64,000 bases of DNA from an uncultured Actinomycetota bacterium. Lineage in GTDB: Bacteria; Actinomycetota; Actinomycetes; Streptosporangiales; Streptosporangiaceae. The stretch covers positions 2,829,198 to 2,893,197 of the forward strand of contig CAWDVH010000001.1 of NCBI GenBank assembly GCA_963805705.1. Direction: 5' to 3'. Shown in pieces: positions 24,403 to 33,575 of the stretch. Made by a program: the position numbers and the translations under genes. Under the pieces are notes generated by a model. The model saw only the letters and a program-made list of their open reading frames with translations, searched no databases and was not told the DNA's origin. Positions within the stretch are counted from its first letter, which is position 1, and the number at the start of each line of letters is the position of its first letter.

Positions 24403-26487
24403 TCACTTATCGTGCGGCAGCGGCTGCTCGCACCAGACGACCTTGCCGGACAGCGTGCGGCGCGCGCCCCAGCGCTGGGCCATCTGGCTCACGACCTGGA
24501 GCCCCCGGCCTCGCTCATCCTCCTCGCCCGGATGCCGCACCCTCGGCAGCGCCGCGGAGTTATCGAGGACCTCGCAGACGAGGCCGCCCTCCAGGATCAG
24601 CCGCAGCCCGATCTTGCCCTGGGCATACCGGACAGCATTGGTGACCAGCTCCGAAACGAGCAGCTCCGTGGTGGGAATCAGGTCTTCCAGGCCCCACTGC
24701 CGCAGCGGCCGCCGGATCAGGACGCGCGCCCGGCGCGCCGAGGTCAGCTCGGCGGGCAGCTTCCACGTAACGTGACGATCGGCGGGGATCCGGTTGAGCC
24801 TGGCGATGAGCACGGCGATGTCGTCGCGCTGGGTGTCGGCGTACACGCCGGCCAGCGTGGCCTTGCACAGATCCTCCAGCGGGCGCGAGGCCGACCCCGG
24901 CCCGAAGATCTCGCGCAGCAGCGCGAGCCCCTCGTCGATGTCCCTGGTGCGCTTCTCGACCAGGCCGTCGGTGTACAGGACGAGCAGGCTGCCGTCATCG
25001 ATCTTCAGCACCCGGCTCTGGATCGGCCCGGCGCCGATCCCGAGCGGCGGGGCAGGCGAGACATCGAGCAGCTCGTTGGTGCCGTCCGGGCGGACCAGCA
25101 GCGGGGGCAGATGGCCGGCCGAGGCAACCTCGCAGGTCCCATCCACGGCATCGAAGATCGCGTAGACGCACGTGGCGAAGTGCGGCTCGCGGGCGCCGAG
25201 TTCCTGCATGAGCTCATCCAGCAGCTGCAGGGTCTCCGCCGGCGGCAGCTCCAGCATGGCCAGGGTGTGGATCGCCGTGCGCAGCCTGCCCATCGTGACG
25301 GCCGCCCGCACTCCGTGTCCCGCGACATCGCCGACCACCAGGGCCACGCGGCCGCCCGGCAGGGCGATCGACTCATACCAGTCCCCGCCGACCTCGATCA
25401 GCTTGCTGCCCGGCAGGTAACGATGACGCACCTCCACCGACGAGGGCGCGGACAGGCCCGTCGGCAGCAGGCTCCGCTGCAGCGTGAGTGCGGTGGCGCG
25501 CTCCCTGGTGAACCTGCGGGCGTTGTCGATGAACATCGCCGCCTGGGAGGCGAATTCCATGCCGATCTCAGTGTCGTAGGCATCGAAACGGCGGTTGCCG
25601 ACCTGCCGGATACAGACAAAGAAACCAAGCATGGTGTCCCTGGCGATCAGCGGCAGCAGCAGCATCGACACGCCGGACAGCAGCCTGGCCACCGGCCTGC
25701 GCAGCCAGGCCGTCGCGATGCTGGCGGCATCGGCGGGGGACATGACCTCGCGGACCGGCTCCCTGGTCTCCATGCACCGCGTGTACGGGGTGTCCGGCGG
25801 ATAGCGCAGGATCTCGCCGGCCGGGAAGGTCGCCTCCCAGCCGGGATCGCCGTCATCGTGAGCGATCGCCACCCGCCGGAACAGGACCGACCGGTCCGAG
25901 GACTCGGCCAGGAACTCGTCCTCGCCCACGATGCTCTCGAGGATCAGCAGGCCGACCGAATTGCAGAAATGCGGGACCACGATCTGGGCCAGCTCTGGCG
26001 CCATCTGCTCGATGTCCAGCTCGCCGCCGATCCGCTTGAACGCGCCGTCGAGCATCGCCCGCCGCATCACGGCCGGATCGAGGAATCGCTCCTCCACCGC
26101 CAGCGGAACGCGCAGGACCGCGATCGCGGCCAGGTCGGTGTCGGCCGACCGCACCGGCTGCACCGTGACGATAACGTTGGCCTGCGTTCCCCTGGCCGTC
26201 CTGAGGGTGAGGACCGTCGTGCCCTCGCGGTCGGAGCAGGCGGCATCAATGAGCCCCTGAAGGGCGGCGGAATGAGCGGCCGGATCGGTCAGCAGGCTGC
26301 CGAGCTCCGAGCCCAGCAGCGTTCCCGGCGGCTCAGCGAGAAGGTCGGCCGCACTGCGGTCATGCTGCAGGATCCGGCCCGTCTTGTCGATGCCGAGGAT
26401 GAACGTCTGGGCCGACGTGCTCGAAAGGAGACCGGAGATCTCGCCCGTCCCTGCTGCCACCCGAGCGTTCCCTTCCGACGAGGCCAC
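24403..26487 (-). CDS. Multidomain partner-switching regulator: PAS/GAF sensor, PP2C (SpoIIE) phosphatase and a C-terminal HATPase_c anti-sigma-factor kinase-like domain
   Basis: 694 aa. PP2C motifs (GDWYE...DVAGHG...YTDGLVE) are followed by an RsbW-like domain (LVSELVTNAVRYA...DERGRGLQVV). Confidence 0.8.
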   Translation of the reverse strand: MASSEGNARVAAGTGEISGLLSSTSAQTFILGIDKTGRILQHDRSAADLLAEPPGTLLGSELGSLLTDPAAHSAALQGLIDAACSDREGTTVLTLRTARGTQANVIVTVQPVRSADTDLAAIAVLRVPLAVEERFLDPAVMRRAMLDGAFKRIGGELDIEQMAPELAQIVVPHFCNSVGLLILESIVGEDEFLAESSDRSVLFRRVAIAHDDGDPGWEATFPAGEILRYPPDTPYTRCMETREPVREVMSPADAASIATAWLRRPVARLLSGVSMLLLPLIARDTMLGFFVCIRQVGNRRFDAYDTEIGMEFASQAAMFIDNARRFTRERATALTLQRSLLPTGLSAPSSVEVRHRYLPGSKLIEVGGDWYESIALPGGRVALVVGDVAGHGVRAAVTMGRLRTAIHTLAMLELPPAETLQLLDELMQELGAREPHFATCVYAIFDAVDGTCEVASAGHLPPLLVRPDGTNELLDVSPAPPLGIGAGPIQSRVLKIDDGSLLVLYTDGLVEKRTRDIDEGLALLREIFGPGSASRPLEDLCKATLAGVYADTQRDDIAVLIARLNRIPADRHVTWKLPAELTSARRARVLIRRPLRQWGLEDLIPTTELLVSELVTNAVRYAQGKIGLRLILEGGLVCEVLDNSAALPRVRHPGEEDERGRGLQVVSQMAQRWGARRTLSGKVVWCEQPLPHDK

Positions 26488-26636
26488 GGTTCGTGCTTCT
26501 CATTATGGAACACGCTCTTTCATATTGAGAAATAACTACTCACTCGCCTGGTGCGACTTCCGATGCGCTTAGGCCGCCGCACCGAAGACGTGCCACCGAT
26601 GATGTGCCGCCGAGATGACAGACACTAGATGCAGAG

Positions 26637-27593
26637 ATGCTGGAGCACATGACGATAGCCCGCGATCGCCCCCGGATTGCTGTCATCGGCAGCCTGAACA
26701 TGGATGTCTGCGTCGCGGTTCCCCGCCTGCCGGGGCCGGGGGAGACGGTGCTCGGATCGGGAGCCGCCATCGCCGCGGGCGGCAAGGGCGCGAACCAGGC
26801 GGTCGCCGCCGCCCGACTCGGCGCCGCGGTGCGGATGGCTGGGTGCATCGGAGACGATGAGTTCGGGGCGAGGGTCAGATCCTGGCTCGTGCCCGAGAAG
26901 GTGGACATCGACGGCGTCCGCGCCGTCACCGGCAGCGCTACCGGCGTGGCGCTGATCACCGTCGACGAGGCGGGCGAGAACACCATTGCCGTGGCGCCCG
27001 GCGCCAACTCGCTGGCCGGGGAACCGGAGATCGCCGCGGCGCTGACCGGCTCCTGCGACCTGCTGGTGGCCTCTGCGGAGATCCCCGCCGCCACCCTGGC
27101 GTCGGCGCTCGCCGCGGCCAGGGCCGCCCGGCTGCCCTGCCTGCTCAACCTGGCTCCGGCGCCGGGCGAGGCCCGCGCGCTGCTGCGAGCCGGTGTGGAC
27201 TGGCTCGTCGTGAACGAGTCTGAGGCGGCCGCGATCCTGCGCCGGGCGGTCAGCGGGCTCGAGGCGGCCGCTCGCGCGGCGCGAGATCTCTGCGAGCTGG
27301 GCGCGGTCCGTGCCGTCGTCACGGCGGGCTCGCACGGCGCTGCCCTGGCGGGAGCCGCCCGGGCCCAGGCCATCGCCGGCTTTCCCGTGGTCAGCGTAGA
27401 CAGCGCGGGCGCTGGCGATGCATTCGCGGGCGCACTGGCCGTAGCGCTGGCCGCGGGCCAGCCGGCCGGCGCGGCAGTGCGCCTGGCCTGCGCCGCGGGT
27501 GCCACCGCGGTCACCCGCCGCGGCGCTGCGGCCGCGCTGCCCGGCCCGCAGCAGATCCTCGCGGCGACCGGGCTGCGCTGGCCGCTTCCGTGA
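26637..27593 (+). CDS. rbsK: Ribokinase (PfkB family carbohydrate kinase)
   Basis: VIGSLNMDV, GGKGANQAVAAARLG and anion-hole GAGDAFAGAL motifs. An alternative start lies at 26649. Confidence 0.8.
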   Translation: MLEHMTIARDRPRIAVIGSLNMDVCVAVPRLPGPGETVLGSGAAIAAGGKGANQAVAAARLGAAVRMAGCIGDDEFGARVRSWLVPEKVDIDGVRAVTGSATGVALITVDEAGENTIAVAPGANSLAGEPEIAAALTGSCDLLVASAEIPAATLASALAAARAARLPCLLNLAPAPGEARALLRAGVDWLVVNESEAAAILRRAVSGLEAAARAARDLCELGAVRAVVTAGSHGAALAGAARAQAIAGFPVVSVDSAGAGDAFAGALAVALAAGQPAGAAVRLACAAGATAVTRRGAAAALPGPQQILAATGLRWPLP

Positions 27594-28407
27594 TTTCCCG
27601 GCCAGCGGCCCTCAGGCGTCCCTGGCCAGGCTCACCGTGGCCGGCGTTGGCCCGCCCGCGCCCCCAGTACGCCTTCGGCGATACCTGATCCGGCGAGAGG
27701 CCGCGGTCGCCCAGCACGTCACGCAGCACCGAGACCACCTTGGCCTCCCCGAGCAGGTAGGCGTGCCCGTTGCCGGGCGGCAGCTCGACTTCTGCGGCCT
27801 CGGCCGCCAGGGCGGCCTGGTCGCCCGCTGGACGGCCCAGCCGGTGCAGCCAGCTGATCCTGGTCCGCGCCGGGGCGGAGAGTTCCTGCTCGTCATCGGG
27901 ATCGGGCACCTCGAGCAGCAGCGTCGCGGAGGAGTCGCCCGGCAGTGACTCGGTCATCGCGAAGATCGCCGGAAGCGCCGACTCATCGCCGATGAACAGG
28001 TGCCAGTCCGCCGATACCGATGGCGTGATCTTCCCGCGCGGGCCGATGCCCTCGATCCGGTCGCCGGGGCGGGCCGAGCGCACCCAGCGCTCGCCGGGCC
28101 CGGTGCCATGCAGCACGACGTCCAGCGTCAGCAGGAGCTTGTCGCGATCCAGCGAGCGGATCGTGTAACGCCGCCGGACGGGACGGTTGCCGTCCACCGC
28201 CACCATCAGCATGATGTCCTGGCCGGGTGCGTACCGGAAGTCGGCAAGCTCGGCCGCTGTCAGCTGCAGCCGCTGGACGCTCGGCGACAGCCGATGCGAC
28301 CCTGCTACCTCCAGCGGCAGCCGGGACGTTCCCGCGAGCGACCCGGACAGCTCGGCGAACGGGTCGTCCAGCGTCAGCCGCGTGCTGTCGGGCAGTGAAT
28401 CAGCCAT
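27511..28407 (-). CDS. Siderophore-interacting protein (FAD-binding SIP/ViuB family)
   Basis: RRYTIRS FAD motif, a ferredoxin-reductase-like fold and the start MADSLPDS at 28407. The Arg/Gly-rich 3' tail overlapping rbsK is doubtful. Confidence 0.7.
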   Translation of the reverse strand: MADSLPDSTRLTLDDPFAELSGSLAGTSRLPLEVAGSHRLSPSVQRLQLTAAELADFRYAPGQDIMLMVAVDGNRPVRRRYTIRSLDRDKLLLTLDVVLHGTGPGERWVRSARPGDRIEGIGPRGKITPSVSADWHLFIGDESALPAIFAMTESLPGDSSATLLLEVPDPDDEQELSAPARTRISWLHRLGRPAGDQAALAAEAAEVELPPGNGHAYLLGEAKVVSVLRDVLGDRGLSPDQVSPKAYWGRGRANAGHGEPGQGRLRAAGREITEAASAARSPRGSAAGRAARPQRRGG

Positions 28408-28451
28408 GAGATAGTCAGCCTTCCGATTCTGGCAGGTCCGGGACGGCAGTT

Positions 28452-28535
28452 TAGCTAGCACCGTGTAGCTAGCACCGTGTAGCTAGCTCGCTTAGCTAGC
28501 CCCCGCTTAGCTGGCACCGTCCTAGCGGGCACCGT
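28452..28535. repeat. Array of about six tandem ~14-bp repeats built around the palindrome TAGCTAGC, in a divergent promoter region
   Basis: ttTAGCTAGCaccgtg / TAGCTAGCaccgtg / TAGCTAGCtcgct / TAGCTAGCccccgct / TAGCTgGCaccgtcc / TAGCgGGCaccgtc, lying between the SIP gene (minus) and the binding-protein gene (plus). Confidence 0.6.
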
Positions 28536-28643
28536 CTCGCCCAACACCAACACCCACGGCCCGTGCGGGCTTCCCGCCTGCTCAGCCGCCGCCGCCCGCC
28601 GCCCGCCTGGTCGCCCGCCGCCCGGCGTCGTGGCAGTGTGGGC

Positions 28644-29459
28644 GCAATGGAAGTCGGCGCGATGGAAGGCAGCAGCGCGGCCAGCCGGCCGCCGGTTCCC
28701 GATGACCTCGCCCTGCCGGTGCGGCTGCCGGCGCTGATCGGCCGCGTGGTGTCGCTGGTGCCCTCGCTGACCGAGACGGTGGCGGCCAGCGCACCCTCAC
28801 TGCTGGCCGGCGTGACGGACTGGTGCACCCATCCGCCGGGTCTGCGGGCGGCGCGCATCGGCGGGACGAAGAGCCCCGATGTCGCCGCGATCGTGGCGCT
28901 GTCCCCTGATCTGGTCCTGGCCAATGAGGAGGAGAACAGGCCCGGCGATCTGGCCGAGCTGCGCGCCGCGGGCATCCCGGTGTGGGTGACCAGGGTCCGC
29001 AGCCTGCCCGAGGCGCTGTCCTCGCTGCATCGCCTGCTGACCATCGCGTGCCGCCTGCCCCGGCCGCAATGGCTGGACGCCGCGGCCGCCGCATGGGGAC
29101 AAGAGCCCCACGAGCCAGAACGCAGCTCCATCGTGCCCATCTGGCGCCGCCCCTGGATGGTGCTCGGGCGGGACACTTTCGCCGGTGACCTGCTGGCCAG
29201 GCTCGGGGTCGCCAATGTGTACGGGGGCCACCAGGACCGGTATCCGCGGATCGGCATCGAGGAGCTACGCGGGGCGGGCGCCGATCTGGTCGTGCTGCCC
29301 GACGAGCCCTACCGCTTCGACGCGGCCGACGGCCCCGAAGCATTCCCCGGCATCCCGTGCGCGCTGGTCAGCGGGCGGCACCTGACCTGGTACGGCCCGT
29401 CACTGGCGGAGGCGCCGGCCGTGCTGGGACGTCAGCTGCGCGCCGCGGCCATCCGGTGA
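28644..29459 (+). CDS. Periplasmic binding protein, BtuF/TroA-like (cobalamin/siderophore class); orphan (no permease or ATPase adjacent)
   Basis: RVVSLVPSLTETV and LSPDLVLANEEEN, typical of class III substrate-binding proteins. Start chosen at the ATG at 28644 (MEVGAMEGSS); the ORF opens at 28563. Confidence 0.6.
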   Translation, partial: AMEVGAMEGSSAASRPPVPDDLALPVRLPALIGRVVSLVPSLTETVAASAPSLLAGVTDWCTHPPGLRAARIGGTKSPDVAAIVALSPDLVLANEEENRPGDLAELRAAGIPVWVTRVRSLPEALSSLHRLLTIACRLPRPQWLDAAAAAWGQEPHEPERSSIVPIWRRPWMVLGRDTFAGDLLARLGVANVYGGHQDRYPRIGIEELRGAGADLVVLPDEPYRFDAADGPEAFPGIPCALVSGRHLTWYGPSLAEAPAVLGRQLRAAAIR

Positions 29460-29657
29460 CCAGGCCGCGGGCATGACGACGCCCCCGGGAGCGAGAGCTC
29501 ACGAGGGCGTGTCCAGGCTGGTGTGTGGCCGCCTCTCGGCGAGTGGCGCAACGCGGCTCCAGCCAGACGGTATTCCGCGAAGGCAGATAATGAGGCCCGG
29601 GGGACACATCACACCAGCGATTGTGATGAACGCCGGACCTCCCCCCGCTATTCCGGC

Positions 29658-30494
29658 TCAGGTGAGATCGAGATCCGCAAGTTCTGCGATCGCGCGGTCG
29701 ATGTCATCGAGGGCGCCCCGGCCGAGCAGGAGGACGAAAGGGGTCTCTCCGGCTTCCGCGAGCCGCCGGATGCCGTCAGCGCTGGCCCGCAGGCGGCCCG
29801 CTACCAGCTCGGGAAACGCGGTGATGTCTCCGGTCCAGCCGTACTCGGCCAGGAACTGGCGCAGCCGCCGCGGACGCGCCGCGAAGTCGGTGAAGCCCTC
29901 GGCCGCGACGACGGACCGGGCATGCAGCGGCACCCACGAGAACGCGGTGTACGCCAGGTCCCACTCGGGCCTGACCGGGGCGGCGAAATCCCAGTCGAAG
30001 AACCCGGCCAGAGTCCCGTCCCGCCAGGCGGCGTTGTACGGACCGGCGTCGTTGTGCCCGATGATCAGGCCGGGCGACCAGCCGTCGCCGAGGCGCCACA
30101 CCGCATTGGGCGAGGGGACGAAGTCTGCGACGGCCTCGTGATAGCGGCGCAGCCAGCGCGCGACCTGGCCGAGCGTCTCGTCTGCATGCACCCATGAGGG
30201 CCACGGCCTGGCGCTGCCCACGGTCTCGCCGTCGATGAACGTCAGGATCTCCCGGCCCGCCGAATCGATGCCGCGAGCACGCGGCGCACCAGCGAATCCG
30301 GCTGCTTCGAGGTGGTCGAGCAGGGCGTGCACGGCGGGGGTCCAGGGCCCGGCGGCTCGGCGGACAGTGTCGCCCAGCCGGATCGCGCCGCCCGCGTTTC
30401 CGCCGTCCAGCCACTCTCCCTCCGTGTCCCGCTCGTCCTCCGTAACCCGCTCGTCCTCCGTAACCCGCTCGTCCTCCGTGTCCCGCTCGTCCAC
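29658..30494 (-). CDS. Aminoglycoside phosphotransferase (APH)-family kinase-like protein with an N-terminal DERxTE tandem repeat
   Basis: Brenner-type catalytic motif IGHNDAGPYNAAW and the FDWDFA motif. The first ~25 codons are 18-nt tandem repeats ((T/V)EDER)x4. Confidence 0.75.
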   Translation of the reverse strand: MDERDTEDERVTEDERVTEDERDTEGEWLDGGNAGGAIRLGDTVRRAAGPWTPAVHALLDHLEAAGFAGAPRARGIDSAGREILTFIDGETVGSARPWPSWVHADETLGQVARWLRRYHEAVADFVPSPNAVWRLGDGWSPGLIIGHNDAGPYNAAWRDGTLAGFFDWDFAAPVRPEWDLAYTAFSWVPLHARSVVAAEGFTDFAARPRRLRQFLAEYGWTGDITAFPELVAGRLRASADGIRRLAEAGETPFVLLLGRGALDDIDRAIAELADLDLT

Positions 30495-30592
30495 GAGACG
30501 ATCGTGTCACGCGTCAGAGTGGTGCTGGGCGGGAATGACGACGCCCCCGGCGGCCGGCTTCGAGGGGACCCTGCACTACAACCTCGGGCTCA

Positions 30593-31018
30593 GTGCTCGT
30601 AGGCAAGAATTGGTCAGTGATAGAGAGAACAAACCCGCCAGGCCTGCACGAGCCGCCCGGCTACCATCACGTGGTCATCTCTGACGCGACCCGGCTGGTA
30701 TTTCTCGCCGGGCAGTGCCCGCTCGACGAGCAGGGCCAGCTCATTGGGCCGGGAGATCTGCAGGCCCAGGTCGGGCAGGTGGCCCGCAACATCATGATCG
30801 CGCTGGCCAGCGCCGGCGCGGTGCCGGCAGCGGTGGTCCGCACGGTGATCTACGTTGTCTCGGCTGACCGTAGCGACCTCGCGGCGGTCTGGACCGCCTT
30901 GCGATCCTCACCCGTCGCCGAGGCGCTGACGTCGGCGAGCACGCTGCTCGGCGTGGCCCAGCTTGGCTTCCCCGGCCAGCTCGTCGAGGTCGATGTCACT
31001 GCGGCGCTGTCGTCCTGA
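30593..31018 (+). CDS. RidA/YjgF/L-PSP family protein
   Basis: 141 aa; LVFLAGQ...G...QV.QV..N... pattern of the RidA family. Confidence 0.7.
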   Translation: MLVGKNWSVIERTNPPGLHEPPGYHHVVISDATRLVFLAGQCPLDEQGQLIGPGDLQAQVGQVARNIMIALASAGAVPAAVVRTVIYVVSADRSDLAAVWTALRSSPVAEALTSASTLLGVAQLGFPGQLVEVDVTAALSS

Positions 31019-31106
31019 TCGAGCCTCCTGCTCAGATGACGTCGGCCCCAGGCGGTGGGGATAGTCTGGGCTTTCCAGGTCTAGGCGGTACGAGGAGTGG
31101 CTGCCG

Positions 31107-31367
31107 GTGGCTGGCGACGTCACAGTGGTGGGCAGCATTGGTGTTCTTACCATCGCCACCCGAGGGCAGGCGGGCCCGGGAGAAGTGATGGTCCCGATCC
31201 GCGGCGGGCTGGAGTGCTTCATCGCCTGGTCGCCCGCGCCCCTGCCCAAGGGCGCCACTGTCCTGGTCATTGAGACCCGCGGAACCAGGACCGTCGATGT
31301 CAGCGTCTGGGAAGACCCGCTGGACCCCTTTCCGCAGATCACCGGAGATGACGCCGGTGAGCAGTGA
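31107..31367 (+). CDS. NfeD-like short protein (OB-fold C-terminal domain), partner of the SPFH/flotillin gene
   Basis: 86 aa; GEVMVPIRGGLECFIAWSPAPLPKGATVLVIE matches the NfeD C-terminal beta-barrel. It is translationally coupled to the downstream flotillin. Confidence 0.7.
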   Translation: MAGDVTVVGSIGVLTIATRGQAGPGEVMVPIRGGLECFIAWSPAPLPKGATVLVIETRGTRTVDVSVWEDPLDPFPQITGDDAGEQ

Positions 31368-32590
31368 AGTTCCCTCAGATGAGCAGCGAATACCCGTTAA
31401 TTGGAGATGAGATGTTCGGATACCGAGTCCCAGCGCCGGATGAGGCCATGCTGGTCTCCGGCGGCAGGCACGGCCGCAACGGCGCCCCGTTCCGGGTGGT
31501 TACCGGTCATGGCGCCTTTATCTTGCCGTTCTTTCGCAAGACCCGGTTCCTGACCCTCGCCATGTGCGAGGCCGAGGTCGCCGAGACATGCGTGACCAAG
31601 CAGGGCATCTCGCTCAATGTCCGGTCCGTCATCGCTTTCAAGGTCGGCAATGACGAGGAGAGCATCGTCAACGCCGGGCAGCGGTTCCTGTCCGACCAGG
31701 ACCAGATGTCCACGCTGACCGGTCGTATCTTTGCCGGTCATCTGCGCTCGATCATCGGCTCGATGACCGTCGAGGAGATCGTCACGGAACGGCAGAAGCT
31801 GGCGAGCGAGGTGCTCGACGGATCCAAGGCAGAGATGGTCAAGATCGGACTGACCGTCGACTCGCTGCAGATCCAGTCGATCGATGACATGAACTCTGGC
31901 TACATTGACGCGATGGCGGCCCCGCACAACGCCGCCATCCAGCGGCAGGCGCAGATCGCCCAGGCACAGGCGAACCAGGCTGCGGCCGAGGCTCAGCAGC
32001 AATCGCAGCGCGCGCAGGCCGAGTACGCCCGGCAGACGTCAGTCGTTCAGGCGCAGTACAAGGCGGAAGTGGACAAGGCTCAGGCCGAGGCGGCGCAGTC
32101 CGGCCCGCTGGCGGAGGCCCAGGCGACGATGGGCGTCCTGGCCGCCCAGACCGAGCTCGCGCACCGCCACGCCGAGCTGCGCCAGCGCCAGCTGGTCGCC
32201 GAGGTGGTCAGGCCGGCGGAGGCGGAGGCGGAGAAGGTACGGATCCTGGCCCAGGCCGATGCGCAGCGGGTCAAGCTCCAGGCCGAGGCGGCGGCCTCGC
32301 ACAGCCGCATCGCCCTCGACCGGATGCTGATCGAGCAGCTGCCACTGATCGTCAAGGAGGCCGCGACGGGGCTGGCCGGCTCCAATCTCAGTGTGCTGAA
32401 CGGTGCCGACGGCCTCAGCGAGATCGCCGCGGGCCTGGTGGCCCAGGGGCTGACGATCCTCGAGTCGGTCAAGAAGAGCCTGAGCGAGCCGGCCGAGTCA
32501 GTCGGGGCGCCCGCCCTGACCTCCTTCGACCGGGCGGACAGCTCGCGCGGCAACTCGATGAACCAGAACGGCGAGGAAGTGACCGCCTGA
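31364..32590 (+). CDS. Flotillin-like SPFH/Band 7 domain protein
   Basis: An SPFH domain followed by a long Ala/Gln/Glu-rich coiled-coil (AQAQANQAAAEAQQQSQRAQAEYARQ...). GTG start overlapping the NfeD stop. Confidence 0.85.
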   Translation: MKFPQMSSEYPLIGDEMFGYRVPAPDEAMLVSGGRHGRNGAPFRVVTGHGAFILPFFRKTRFLTLAMCEAEVAETCVTKQGISLNVRSVIAFKVGNDEESIVNAGQRFLSDQDQMSTLTGRIFAGHLRSIIGSMTVEEIVTERQKLASEVLDGSKAEMVKIGLTVDSLQIQSIDDMNSGYIDAMAAPHNAAIQRQAQIAQAQANQAAAEAQQQSQRAQAEYARQTSVVQAQYKAEVDKAQAEAAQSGPLAEAQATMGVLAAQTELAHRHAELRQRQLVAEVVRPAEAEAEKVRILAQADAQRVKLQAEAAASHSRIALDRMLIEQLPLIVKEAATGLAGSNLSVLNGADGLSEIAAGLVAQGLTILESVKKSLSEPAESVGAPALTSFDRADSSRGNSMNQNGEEVTA

Positions 32591-32656
32591 CCAACGCCGG
32601 CCGGGTCGGCCTGGCGTCAGGCCAGCCTGAGCCGCCGGCCTGGTAGACAAGGGTGG

Positions 32657-33469
32657 ATGCACCGACTGACTAAGATCGCACCGGGAGTGCTGGTCGCGAC
32701 CAGCACCACGTACACCACGACCACCACCGTCGTAGCGGGGCCCGACGGCGGTTCCCTGGTGATCGATCCTGCGGTGACGGTCCCCGAGCTCCAGGAGCTA
32801 GCGGCCGATCTGCGGGAGGCTGGGCTGCCTCCGGTGGCCGGCTTCGCCACTCATCCGCACTGGGATCACGTCCTGTGGTGCCGCGAGCTCGGCGACGTGC
32901 CGAGGTACGCGGCCAGCCGGGCCGTCGCGACGACCGAGCGGGAGCGAGAAGGCCTCGTCAGCGCCGCCGCTCAGGCCGCACCCGGCCACGACCTTGACCT
33001 CTTCGGCCGCCTGAGCCCGCTCGGCCCGGACGCGGCGGCTGTTGCCTGGGACGGCCCCGCCGCGCTGGTCGTGACGCACGACGGGCACGCGCCGGGCCAC
33101 AGCGCTATCTTCCTGCCGGATACCGGCACGCTGATCGCGGGCGATATGTGCTCCGACATCGAGGTCCCGCTGCTGGACCTGGCGGGGCAGGACCCGCTGG
33201 GGGACTACCGCACCGGGCTGGAACGGCTGGCCGCGCTGCCCGTCCGGCAGGTGGTACCCGGTCACGGGACGGTGGGAAACGCCGCGGAATTCCGCCGCCG
33301 GGTTGCCGCCGACGTGGCCTACCTGGATGAGCTCCAGCTCGGCCACGACGTAGGCGACCACCGGCTGACCCAGCCATGGCTGCGAGAGCAGCACGAGCGG
33401 CAGCTGCGGCACCTCTCGCCCCCGCGCGGCGGGGTCACGAACCCCGCGTCGCCAGGCGCCGAGGGATAG
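32657..33469 (+). CDS. MBL-fold metallo-hydrolase
   Basis: THPHWDH metal-binding motif, plus downstream His/Asp ligands (PGHS, GDMCS, VPGHG). Confidence 0.85.
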   Translation: MHRLTKIAPGVLVATSTTYTTTTTVVAGPDGGSLVIDPAVTVPELQELAADLREAGLPPVAGFATHPHWDHVLWCRELGDVPRYAASRAVATTEREREGLVSAAAQAAPGHDLDLFGRLSPLGPDAAAVAWDGPAALVVTHDGHAPGHSAIFLPDTGTLIAGDMCSDIEVPLLDLAGQDPLGDYRTGLERLAALPVRQVVPGHGTVGNAAEFRRRVAADVAYLDELQLGHDVGDHRLTQPWLREQHERQLRHLSPPRGGVTNPASPGAEG

Positions 33470-33575
33470 CCAGGGGCGCTACGGCGCGGGTGGCCGCATC
33501 TGGGTCCCGGCTGAGCTGTCTGACGCCAGGGCGGCTGAGCTAGCTCAGCCGCCCTGGCGTCGATGCGGGAAGAGG

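Noticed and set aside
24412-26535. 707-aa plus-strand ORF opposite the PAS-GAF-PP2C regulator
   Set aside because: A mirror ORF of the real minus-strand gene. It has no PP2C or HATPase motifs in this frame.
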